This document shows, in pieces, positions 1 to 11,215 of a DNA stretch of 64,000 nucleotides (the stretch's first letter is position 1; each line of letters opens with the position of its first letter). The position numbers were made by a program, and so were the translations under genes. The stretch is from Vitrella brassicaformis CCMP3155 (lineage: Eukaryota; Protista; Chromerida): NCBI GenBank assembly GCA_001179505.1, contig CDMY01000098.1:62001-126000 (forward strand), in the 5' to 3' direction. The notes under the pieces are model-generated. The model was given only the letters and a program-made list of their open reading frames with translations, ran no database searches and was not told where the DNA came from.

Positions 1-83
1 GTACGCACGCACCCACCCACCCATACACACACACACACTCTCTCGCCCATTGGCGCGTTGTGTGTCCCTCTCAACGCAATGCA

Positions 84-1272
84 GCTCTGGCGCAGTCGGC
101 GGTCCGCTGCCTGGCGGAGCGATCTGCCGATGTCCCTCCCCACATGTACATCAACATCCTCCGCTCCCTCGCCGAGATGCGCGTCAAAGACGAAGAACTC
201 CTTGACCTCATTGCAGCCATCGCATACGAGCAACGGCAATCGGTTGTGGAGACGCCAGCGGCCTTCGGGAGGCTCATATGGGCGGTGCGGACGCTTGCCG
301 AGCCGCAGGAGGGAGAGGGTGACGAGATAGAGGCCGACTCCGCTGCGGGGCGGGTGCTGGTGTATGCGAGGGAGGTGCTCGAGACATATGTGAATCGGAT
401 GCTTGGTGCACCAGCAGCAGCCGATGGGGCGGCTTGTGGGTCAACGCCGTCGGCAGCTGTCGTGTTGAGCCTCTTCTCAAACCTGGTACGTACCACACTG
501 ACTCAGCCGAGAGGGAGACGCCTGTAATGTGTTGCTTCATTCCATTCGATTCAGCTTGAGAGCGGTGTGCTGCCGAACCCCGAGGCCATGGCGCGTGACA
601 TGCGGCTCATCGACAGGGTGCGGCAGATTGTGGTGGCGGCTGCAGACGACCTCACAAGATTCGACTGGGAGAAGGTGAGCAGAGCATCGGTGGGGTGTTT
701 GTCTGGTGGCAGAGAGAGAAGAGGTCTTTTTGTGTCTTGTGTCTGGTTGTGGTTGTGGTTGTGGTTGTGGTTGTGTCCGTCCGTCAGCTGGTGGATTGCT
801 TCGAGTTGTTTGAGCAAGTGCTGTCCGACGAGGAGCGGGACCAGTGGTTCGACATATTCGCCAACGTCCCAAGGTAAACACTCACAGACAGATCACAGAT
901 CGCCCACAGATGCATCCAGCGGACCCACTTCACATGTGTGTGTGTGTGTGTGTGTGTGTCAGGTTCATCGGTCCCGAGGATGAGCTGGCGGCCATGCGGG
1001 AGCAGCTGGCCCTCGAGCAGGACGCCGAGGCGCAGAGGCGGCTGGAGGAGGAAATGAGGCAACGGCCGGAGTACAGCCATCTGCCAAAGGTGGGTCGGTC
1101 GGGTGGCCAGGCCAACGAGCCAGCCAAAGCTTATGGCGTGGACGTGTGGAGGCCTCTTCCTCTGTGTGTGTGTGTGTGTGTGCAGGGTCTGCCGCTTGAC
1201 TCTGTTGTGGTGGTTGACCCGAACGACTCTCTCACCACCCAAGGAGATGAGGTGCGTTCAGAACGTTCGTGA
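84..1272 (+). CDS. 3' part of a spliced hypothetical protein (helical, unknown function); gene begins upstream of the window
   Basis: Five in-frame exons joined by GT-AG introns: ~84-485, 555-675, 788-873, 963-1089, 1186-1272. Joined protein ...ALAQSAVRCLAERS...LESGVLPNPE...LVDCFELFEQ...FIGPEDELAAMREQ...GLPLDSVVVVDPND...SERS*. Confidence 0.7.
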
Positions 1273-2289
1273 CGTAACAGCCGGCCGGCACGTCTGCCGT
1301 ACGTCCCTGTGTGCGTCTGTGTGTGCGCGTACGTGTCAACGGCCTCAGGAGGAGCCCAGTGGCCGTCGAGGATTCGACTACGAGGCGAGAGACAGACAAG
1401 TGGTGGGCAAGGAGAGCGCGCGGGGAGGACGGCGGTGACCTGACGGATTCGTGGACAATTGGTGGGTCGGTCGGCTTGTGAGATGCTGTGAGATGAGGTG
1501 TTTGAGTGTTTCTCTCGTAAGGCGATTGCACTCTGTAAACACAGGAGGTGCCTTTTTCGCCGTATGTGTATGTGAGCGGCACTGATGCTGAGTGCAACTG
1601 ATGCTGGTCATGCTGGTTGATTGTTCGTCTGTCAACTTCACGAGGGTGATCTTATCTATGGTGTCTCGAGGTAAGACGCCATGGATCAGGTCGCCATCGG
1701 CTCGGTGACACACGAAGGACCAACGGCTGTGACTGTGCCGTCCTGAAGTGTGTGTTTCTGCCATGCCATCGTATCGTGGCACACGTCGGATTGGATCGGA
1801 TCTGTGTCTGTCGTCCTTTGAATGAATGGAATGGTGTGTCATGTGTGTCCCTGCCCAACCCCCGTCAGTCAGATGCATGTTCGTTCGTTAGTTGATGTCC
1901 CTCACGAGTGATTGCAGAAACATACGCAGATGGAGACAAACCAAGACAGACAGACAGACCGACAAGAAAGGAGAGATGGAGAGAGAGTTCGGCGCAGTCG
2001 AATGTGTTGCCCTGTGTCACTGAGTGCCGTGTTGTGCCTCGCCAGCCATGCCCCCACACGCCACTTAATTGGCTAAAAGGACTGTAAAACACACACACAC
2101 ACGCCCACGCACCCACCCCCCGTTCGTCATCTATGATCCGTCGGCCGGCTAGCTAGCGAATGGCTGGGCTGCCCCGGGGCAGCTGCCGCGTGTGTGTGTT
2201 GCAGTTGGCAATCTACCTGTGTGGAGGGAGAGAGACCAACAGACACGTGCAGAAACACACGCATACATGCGTGTGAATGTCTGTTTGGC

Positions 2290-2960
2290 TCACGAGCAGA
2301 CGGGGCCGTCCAAGACGCGGCACTGCAGGGGCATGTTGGCGAACTTGGGATGCGTCTCCAACTGGGGGGGGACAGGGATGTCCACGCAGTAGCACTTGCG
2401 GCCTGTGGCCTTGTCGACGCCGCAGTCATCTCCCCACTCCTTCCCATGGCACGAGATACCTGTAGCACTACCTGCAGACGCACAGACACACACAGGATGC
2501 ACGTGTGAGTGGTGCGTATCACATATCCATCCAGCTGCCTCTGACAGCTGTAACGTGGATCCAGTGCGTGTGTGCGTCCGTACCTTCTTGAGTGCCTGCG
2601 GTGGCCTTGGTACCACCACCTGCCTTGGCGATCTGGCCCTCCACATATGCGATGGTTGCCGTAGCAGATGCCGTGTTGTTGCGGGAAGCTGTCAAGGTGG
2701 CCATGCGGTGCAGGAAGGGACGGGCCTTAACCTGGCCCAGGACACCGGCCGACAGAGACTTTGAAGCTGCATGAGACACACACGCACCGTGACGGAGACG
2801 GGCGGTGCTGCCGCCCTTCTCCTTTTCGACACGCACCCAGGTTGGTGGCATTGATGCGTTGCTGGTGGGCTTGCGCAGGTTGGCTGACCGACAGGCACAT
2901 TACCAGTGCAATACCGATAGCCAGGTCCACGCCGACCACGAACGTCTTGGACAGCATCAT
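2290..2960 (-). CDS. Small secreted precursor-like protein (~165 aa): signal peptide, Ala/Thr-rich spacer, C-terminal 6-Cys domain
   Basis: Three exons with two phase-1 GT-AG introns give MMLSKTFVVGVDLAIGIALVMCLSVSQPAQA...SKSLSAGVLGQVKARPFLHRM...GSATGISCHGKEWGDDCGVDKATGRKCYCVDIPVPPQLETHPKFANMPLQCRVLDGPVCS*. Confidence 0.7.
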
Positions 2961-3157
2961 TCGTCTAGGCGTCTCTCGAACGAAGAGAGGATTCAGGTGT
3001 ATCAGGATCTGATCAGGATAGGATCGAACGAAGAGAGGATTCAAGGAATGGCTCAAAGCAGTGGTCAAATCCGAGACACTCACTCAGAGACGGCAGGGTG
3101 GGGCGGTGCGAGCTAAGCGTCCATTTCCCTTCAGACCCGTTCCAGAACACCGCAATC

Positions 3158-3286
3158 ATGTGGCTGGTGGTTCTTTGTTCGTCGCTGGTTGCTCTGCTGC
3201 TGCTGCCGGAGGGGCCCGCCTTGTCCGCAGCCATGACCCCTACCGCGGAGAGCTCGAAGTCACTGCTGAAGGCGGGTTCGTCGATG
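3158..3286 (+). CDS. Possible first exon (signal peptide) of a secreted protein whose remainder falls in the gap
   Basis: MWLVVLCSSLVALLLLPEGPALSAAM... is followed by a GTGAGC donor-like site about 80 nt before the N-gap. Confidence 0.3.
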
Positions 3287-3364
3287 TGAGCCCCCTGCTC
3301 AACAGGCGTCGGTTCGATGAACCGCGAAACAATTGTGGCCCGGTCCCCAGATCTTGGCCAAGAT

Positions 3365-3664
3365 NNNNNNNNNNNNNNNNNNNNNNNNNNNNNNNNNNNN
3401 NNNNNNNNNNNNNNNNNNNNNNNNNNNNNNNNNNNNNNNNNNNNNNNNNNNNNNNNNNNNNNNNNNNNNNNNNNNNNNNNNNNNNNNNNNNNNNNNNNNN
3501 NNNNNNNNNNNNNNNNNNNNNNNNNNNNNNNNNNNNNNNNNNNNNNNNNNNNNNNNNNNNNNNNNNNNNNNNNNNNNNNNNNNNNNNNNNNNNNNNNNNN
3601 NNNNNNNNNNNNNNNNNNNNNNNNNNNNNNNNNNNNNNNNNNNNNNNNNNNNNNNNNNNNNNNN
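3365..3664. other. Assembly gap (~300 N) followed by a poly-C run
   Basis: Run of N. Confidence 0.99.
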
Positions 3665-4002
3665 CCCCCCCCCCCCCGGAAGAACAGTCGAGATTCCTTC
3701 CACCTTTTCCGTCGCACGGGCGCTTGAACCTGGCCTCCTTTCCCCAGTCGTTAGTTGGTGCCTTGACCGTTTTCAACAAACGAATTTACACTTGTACGTG
3801 TGTGGGAGAGCCCTCACGCCTTCTGTTTCGCGGCTGTTTTTTGACTTGTCGTGACTTTTTCGATAGCCCATCGCTCCCCCAGAGGCGCCCCGTACGGCGG
3901 CTGACCCAATTCCCCTCCCCGCAGCAACCGCCCTGTCGACTGACTGGCGGCCCTTCGTCGCTGATCGATCGCTCCCATCGCACCATCGCACCACCAGCAG
4001 CG

Positions 4003-7000
4003 ATGCCGACACGGCACCTCCTACCTCTATCTGGTTTAATGTTGGCGCTTTTATCGCTTTGTGTTCTTGTTGCGGACTGCACGAGCGCATCATCGGATGC
4101 CGACCCTGTGAGGAGGTCCTTGGGGGTAAAGGTCAAGGACGGCTCGGCGTACAAGCACCAGAAGTGGCTCAAGAGCCCCCTCAAGTACGGCATCAAGGCC
4201 TACAAAAAGGCCGAACACAAGCCAGAGCCGCCCAAGAGAATGGTGCCGATAGCCGAACCACCCACATATGAATGTCCACACGGCTTTGAACTCAACCAAG
4301 AGAAGCACATCTGTGAGCGGCTGGACCACCGAAAGGCCGTCAAGGGATGCCCACGATTCTACAGGCAAGGCGACTGACCATTCATTCACTCATTTGATTG
4401 CATGTGTGTGTGGGTGTGTCTGTATGTGTGTGTGTTTCAGGTATGACAAGACGCTTCACAAGTGCATCCGTGAGCAGGAGTTCGAGCCCGACTACCTGTG
4501 CCCCGAGGGCTACAAGGTCTACGGCAGCAAGTGCAAGGCCGTCGACGTGCGCCACCCCACACACAGGTGCGACCCCGGCTTCACGTACGAGAACAAGGGC
4601 AAGGGCGCCGGCCAGTGCGTCAAGTACGTCACCACCAAACCTGACCACCAGTGCGATCATGGTCAGTGAGTGGCTGAAGGGCAAAGGCACAGGGACAGGG
4701 ATGGCCTGACTAGCTACTGACATGTGTGTGTGGTGATCAGGGTACCACTTGGTGGACCACAAGTGTCAGAAGGAGATCGCAGAGCAGCCACAGTTCACCT
4801 GCGACAAGGGCTACCACCTCAAGGGCGAAAAATGCATCAAACGTACGGACGCACGGACGACATGGCTCCTCACACGCACATTCAGAGAGAGAGAGGGTCT
4901 ATGTCTATATGGAAATCCCTCCATCCACACATCCTTGGTGACCGGCTGGCTCTGTGCAGACGTGAGCGTCGCTGGCGACTTCCACTGCCCCGACGGCTTC
5001 AAGCTGGTCGGCTCGACGTGCCACCGCAAGACGATGCGCAAGGCCGTCAAGACGTGCACCGACGGCTTCACTCTGCGCGGCGGCGACAAATGCGTCCGGT
5101 CCGCGCACGCCATGGCCACACCTCTATGCCCCGACAAGTCAGCACACACACCAAAGACACAGAGGGAGAGATCGATGCGTTTGCGGCCGCCCACACCCAC
5201 CAAACCCTCGTGTGTGTGCTCGTGGTATGGTGTGGTGTGGTGTTCAGTTACGAGCTGGTTGGCAAGGAGTGCGTGCATGAGAAAGAGACGGAGGGAGAGC
5301 TGGCCTGCCCGCCAGGCACCCACTTCGACAAAGACGGCACCACCTGCGTCAGAGAGGACCGCAAACCGCCCACACCCACCACCACCACTTCTGGCAAGAA
5401 AGGCGGCTACGAAGATGCTCATCCTCACGGTGGCGATGGGAAGGCCTTCCACCTCTCCGCACAGTCCGCCGATGAGGATGACAGCAGTGACGATGCGAAG
5501 CGGCGGTTGGGTCCGTCAGGGCATCACGGCAAGCACCACGAGAGCAAGGGCATCGTTGAGGACCCCCTCCCTGTGGATGAGGTGCCGACCTACATGTGTG
5601 AGCCCGGCTGGCAGCTGGTGGACCCTGGACACGATGCACCCTACTGCAGCATGAAGGTCGAGGTCGATCCCATCACCAAATGCCCGGAGTGGGTCACACA
5701 CACACACACACACGCACACACATTCTCTTCTCACTGTGTGTCTTGGGTTGCCTGGGTGGTGTGGTGTGTGCAGTGGCAGGAAGGGTGGCCACGGCAAGTG
5801 TGTGCACCGCACTGTGGTCAAGCCAGACTACTCGTGCGGCACCGGATACAACCAGGTCGACGGCAAGTGCAAGGCAACCGCTGAACAAGAGCCCAAACTG
5901 GTCAGTCACCACACTCACACACACAAAGAGACACACCTATTGGTTAACCCGTCTGTCTGTCTGTCTGTGTAGGTGTGTGAGCACCACTTTGTGCTCAACG
6001 TCGACACTCACCAGTGCGAAAAGCACGAAGAAGAGCCCGCCGGCCAAATCTGCCCACACGGTCATCACACCCGACCCACCCACACACACAGGCCCACTGC
6101 ACTCATCCGAACGTTCACATCACCTGTGTGTTGTGTGTATGCAGGTTACGAGACCCATGCCGACGGCCACTGCGCCAAAGTGCTCAAGAAGCGCGCCTCT
6201 GCGTCGTGTGCACACCCCTACAAGCTGCACGAGGACCACCACACCCACGAACGCACCTGTGTCATGCTCGACAAGGTGCCCCCAGCACCCAAGTGCCCCC
6301 ACGACTTCCACCCGGACGGCAAGATTTGCAGAGGCAAAATCACGGGCGAGCCCGTCGAGAAATGCGAGGAAGGTCTGTCTGCCTATCATGGCTGAGTCGA
6401 TAGAGAGACACACAGAGGGAGAGAGGTGTGTGTGTGTGTGTGTGTGTTGTGTTGCGTAGGTTACGAGCGTGATGGTGAGGGGCAGTGTGTGTCGAAGCAT
6501 ATGAAGGAGCCTCACCCCATCTGCAAGAAGGGCGAGCTCAAATACGATGCCGTCTGCGTCATTGTGGACTACAAGAAACCGGGTCTCGCCTGCGACGTCG
6601 GATACAAGCTCGATGGCAAGTCCCATCCACCCCCTCTGTCAACACACATCTGACACACTTTTTTGTGTGTGTGTGTGTGTGTAGGCAATCGTTGCTCCAA
6701 GCCCGAGTACACCAAACCATATGCCATCTGCAACGAGGCTGAGGGCTTCGAGTACGACGCCGTCGTCAAGCAGTGCATCAAGTGGGTCGAGAAGGCCGCC
6801 CAGCCGGCTGACCAAGAGGAGGTGTTGAGCGACATCATGGGACCGCCTGCGGATTCTCCGGCACCCGTCATCGCGCCCATCCCGGCGGCCATCCCGCCCC
6901 CAGTGCTGAGGCTGCCGAACGTGAGCAACTTCAAGCCGTACACCCACCCCAAACACGCGACGGGCTATGGGCTGGCCAACAAGTATGCGGCGCACCACGG

Positions 7001-7133
7001 CATCACTACTGGCGGCGTGAATGGCAATGGCAATGGCGGCATGGCGGCGATGGGTGCGGTGCCTGGCGGGTTTAGGCGGCTCCGAGAGAGAGTTGAGAGG
7101 AATAGAATGGGGAGGCACATAGAAAGGCTGTAG
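4003..7133 (+). CDS. Oocyst wall protein-like (COWP/TgOWP-type) secreted cysteine-repeat protein
   Basis: Signal peptide MPTRHLLPLSGLMLALLSLCVLVADC, then ~20 repeats of the form C-P/D-x-G-Y/F-x(3-6)-C...(P-x-Y-x-C), e.g. CPHGFELNQEKHIC, CPEGYKVYGSKC, CDKGYHLKGEKC, CPDGFKLVGSTC. His-rich throughout; about 10 exons; Pro/Gly-rich tail. Confidence 0.85.
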
Positions 7134-7613
7134 TGTGATGACACACAGTGGGCAGGCAGGCTGGTGGGCTGTGTCCCGCAGAGAAGGAGAGAGAGAGGGA
7201 GAGGACAGGTAGCCCATTCATTGCAACGCCCGCCAGACTGCTGCTATGTAGATTGCTGTGTGGCATCCATCGTATGTGTGTATGTGTATGCCTTTATTCT
7301 ATCTGTGTCGTGTGATGTGTGCATGTACATAGCGAGCTGTGTGTGTGTGTGTGTCCGTCGGTCCATCGGCAAGTGCGTGCAGCCCACAGCAGTTCAGGCA
7401 CCGCATACCAACAATCCAATCAACGTACACGTGTTGGTTGGCACGTGTTGTTTGCTGCCTGCCTGCCCTGTGTGGCCTTGACGCCCGCCGACCCACCGCT
7501 TGTTCGTAGACGACGAATACATGGATGGAGGAGAAAGCCTCTTGGCTTTCAGATACGTGCAAATGGCGTTTTTCGGTCAGTGTTTGTCTGCGTGTCTGCG
7601 TGTGTGAGTGGGG

Positions 7614-7913
7614 NNNNNNNNNNNNNNNNNNNNNNNNNNNNNNNNNNNNNNNNNNNNNNNNNNNNNNNNNNNNNNNNNNNNNNNNNNNNNNNNNNNNNNN
7701 NNNNNNNNNNNNNNNNNNNNNNNNNNNNNNNNNNNNNNNNNNNNNNNNNNNNNNNNNNNNNNNNNNNNNNNNNNNNNNNNNNNNNNNNNNNNNNNNNNNN
7801 NNNNNNNNNNNNNNNNNNNNNNNNNNNNNNNNNNNNNNNNNNNNNNNNNNNNNNNNNNNNNNNNNNNNNNNNNNNNNNNNNNNNNNNNNNNNNNNNNNNN
7901 NNNNNNNNNNNNN
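7614..7913. other. Assembly gap (~300 N)
   Basis: Run of N. Confidence 0.99.
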
Positions 7914-8299
7914 GGTGCATAGATGGCTTGTTGATCTGGTGCACTATGCCCCCGATGGAATGCATGTTCCATGTGGTGGTCATGAATGCTTGAGACATGC
8001 AACAAGGGCAGGGCACACCCCTTCTTACTATTCTCCGAAGCCTTGGAGCCGTCGGGTTGATCAATCAATCAATGGTGTGTGTCTCGCTCTGTCTATCACA
8101 CCAATCCATCCATCCATCCATCCATGCCTGTACACCCGCATTCATTGACACCGTCCATTCATGTGTGTGACCCTCTGTGGTGTGCACCAAGGTCAGGCAG
8201 ACTGAAAGAAAGACAGACAGACAGAGACCCCCCTGCTTGATCCAATTGGCTTGATCGATGGACGGGCGGATGTCTTGTCCTTCCTGGCTGGTTCTTGTC

Positions 8300-8352
8300 C
8301 ATCAGCGGAAGCGGAGCTGGTCGTAGACTGATGGACAGACAGAGATCACACA

Positions 8353-8384
<32 letters not shown>

Positions 8385-9726
8385 TGCACACAAGCCATGT
8401 TGGCCGGCGGGCGACTGTTTGCGTGGCTGAGTACTTTTGTGGCCCGGGAAGTAGATGTGGAAGCGCACGCTCGGCAGAGCGTCGCTGATGAAGTATTTGT
8501 AATGCACAGCCAGGGGATCCTCTGTGTTGCTCCAGGTGATCTCCTTGCTCGTGAGAAATTTCTTGAAAGATCCCTCATTCTTGAGCCTTTCGTAGTTGTC
8601 GTGCGTAATGATCTACACCCGTCGCACAGACACACGCACATGCAGGTTGATGACCGCATCAATCACAATCAATGCACAGTGACACAGTCCCTTACTGACC
8701 GTGTTGGAACGAATGCAGAACTCTCCCTTGCCATTGTCCAGCTTGTAGGTCTTGCCGTCCACACACTTGTTCTCGCAAGTGCCCTGCGCACACACAGAGA
8801 CACACACACGCCATCCATCCATCCGCCCTTGCGAGCAACTCGTCGACACAGTCACCCACTGTCAGACTCACCGTGCCGATGGTATCGCTGCTCGGGGAGC
8901 CGGCTGCTGGTTCGTCTTCGTCGGGGACCCAGCTAATGAACTTGACCCTGTCAATCACACACACCTCCCCCTTGCCGCAGCCGCTGGGGGGAAACCACTT
9001 GTAGTTCATGCCGTCCATGCCGTAGCTAATGGCCTTTCTGCTGGAGACGAGGAGAATTGGCTCAAACACCACCTTGCACGTGTCGCCAGATTTCCCCTCC
9101 TCAGTGAAGGCTGAGGCTGCAGGAGACGGAAGAAGGCCAGCCCGAATCGAACTGTCAAGCCCAACTAAATACAACGGATGTGCCGACCTGTTATGGGACG
9201 TCCTGTGAGCTGGATGGTCGTGGTGAGCTTCTCGAGCGCCTTGACGGCATTGCCACTGGCCGCCACAGAATTGGCACTCGCCGTGTGTGCGGCCTCGATG
9301 ATGCGTCTGGCCTTGCCGAGTGCCGTCTGCAGATAGGCAGCCGACACGGACCCACCTGCAGCAGCCGTCACATCCATCCATCCATCCATGGCTTTGGAAA
9401 GATCTCCTTCTCTCTCACCAGATTGCTGGATGAAGGCGTCGCCATCGATATCGTCCCCTGAGAGTCGGCATGAGGCGTCGGACCCCCAGCTGCTCACACA
9501 CATGTACACGCGCGCCCAAGCCAACGACATTACCATCCACAGAAGGCAGGTATGCACCAGATCAACACGTGTGTGTACCAGCGCGCCGGGGGTTCCTCTC
9601 TTACCGGTGCATCCGCCCCGTCGGGGTCTTGCCGTTGGCGGTCTGGATGGCGGCACAGAGGCCCACCAGAAGCACCAAAGCTACGGCAATCGCGCAATAT
9701 CGGGTGCCGTGGCCAAGGTGATGCAT
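8300..9726 (-). CDS. Orphan secreted Cys-containing protein, paralog A (3' end uncertain)
   Basis: ATG at 9726: MHHLGHGTRYCAIAVALVLLVGLCAA (signal). Spliced exons encode ...GSVSAAYLQTALGKARRIIEAAH..., DTCKVVFEPIL...NYKWFPPSGCGKGEVCVID..., GTCENKCVDGKTYKLDNGKGEFCIRSN, IITHDNYERLKNEGSFKK.... Clearly homologous to the gene at 10851-13542. Confidence 0.65.
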
Positions 9727-9872
9727 TTACTTGGCTGGGTCCGCACAATTAACACCCAACTCGTCTCTTAATGTGCGCATACCCAAAAACAACGGACCAG
9801 ACCGAGCCACCATTCTGCCTGTGCACACTGGTCTCATGCATCCCGCCAACCCTGCCGCAACTTCTCGTATCA

Positions 9873-10079
9873 TATCGCCGGCAGTGCCTTGAATGCATCA
9901 CCATCAAATGGAGACGCCGACCCCGCCTTGTCCTCTCTCTCAGCAGCAGATCCTGCCTCAGTCTTCATCTCTTGCCGGCTGCCGAGTGACCGCACGGTGG
10001 CTGCAAACTCATCCATCTGGCTCGCCAGCAGGTCCACATAATCTGAGCCGCTGTGTCGCCCTGCACCAATGTCGTCCAT
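9873..10079 (-). pseudogene. Inverted truncated copy of exon 1 of the Med4-like gene
   Basis: Reverse complement reads MDDIGAGRHSGSDYVDLLASQMDEFAATVRSLGSRQEMKTEAGSAAEREDKAGSASPFDGDAFKALPA, matching 13996-14210, then diverges. Confidence 0.85.
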
Positions 10080-10119
10080 GTGCACGTCGCTGTTATCCGT
10101 CGGTGTGCCGGTTGGTCGC

Positions 10120-10334
10120 TCAGAAGAAGAGCGTCGTGATGGCCATGATGAAGCAGCAGGCGGACACGTAAGGGCTCAGCCGTTCTCCTATCCGGGCCAT
10201 CTTCCACAGGAGGCCCATGAAGCCCTCTTTTTCTCGGTGAAGAGCTTCGGGAACTGAGCCTTGAGGTACGTGCAGGTGCAGATCATCAGCACTATCACCT
10301 GCAGGAGACTCTTGAAGTCAAACAACGCGCTCAA
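10120..10334 (-). pseudogene. Kish/TMEM167 pseudogene (inverted copy)
   Basis: Near-identical to 13714-13929. The ATG is lost (ccgttgggatgagcg -> ccgttgagcg) and a 1-bp deletion (aaaaaggaggg -> aaaaagaggg) shifts the frame. Confidence 0.9.
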
Positions 10335-10850
10335 CGGAATGTGGAAACCCTAACCCACCCTCACACGTTGACTGAACTCATCAACCTGACGCATCCGATG
10401 ATCCATCGCTGTTGGATGAGTCCATGCATGCATTACAGAGACGCTCGACCGTCGCAAAACGTGTGCACCACACGCGCCAAACACAGGAGCCGGCCATCCT
10501 CTCTCGCCACACACTACCACACACACGGATGGCCGTCACTCAAACAGCGCCACACGGGTCAGTGTGGCGCTGTTTGAGTTTGACCTTTGGGATTGCTGGG
10601 CTCTGTGTGGCCTTTGCCGTCTCCGTGAAGCCGCTCCGTGGGCATGTGTCACACGTATGCGTGCAGTGTCACGTCACCCCCACACCCCTCCACTCACCTA
10701 GCTAGAGCACAGCACATACACCCAAAGAAAGGAAAACCAGCCAGCCACCTTCCATTCCAATGCACACAAAACCCGGGCATCGGGCAGAGAGCCGACAGAC
10801 ATAGTGATATGTATATGTTGGTATCCTCGGTTGATTCGTGAGAGGGCCGT

Positions 10851-11180
10851 TCACTCCTTCTTCTTCTTCGAAGGCGGCACGTAGTCTGTCAGATAGACAG
10901 CACCCCCCCAAGAGAAAGAGAGACAAGCGAAATCAGTCGGTCAACCGTTGTGGCGTCCACGACTGATAACTAACTGCATGAATGCGTACTCACTTTTGTT
11001 GCCTGGGAAATAAATGTGGTGTGTGTGTATTTCTCCGCCCTTCCTGACCTCCTTGGCCGCCTTCTTCTCGGCCTTCTTCTCGGCCTTCTTCTCGGCCTTC
11101 TTCTCGGCCTCGAAGCCGTAGGTGTAGTCGAAGGACAGCTGGTCGAGGGGAAACCACTTAAAAGCGAAGTAGAGTAACTA

Positions 11181-11215
<35 letters not shown>

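Noticed and set aside
1378-1878. Minus-strand segment ADGDLIHGVLPRDTIDKITLVKLTDEQ
   Set aside because: Coding-like, but I could not link it to a start or other exons. Unsupported as a gene.
2976-3043. Two identical 20-bp repeats (tcgaacgaagagaggattca) with a 28-bp spacer, CRISPR-like at first sight
   Set aside because: Only two units, eukaryotic context and no cas genes. It is a small local duplication in a 5' UTR or promoter.
7520-7545. ggagaaagcct shared with the inverted-repeat arm
   Set aside because: An 11-bp match only; flanks do not align.
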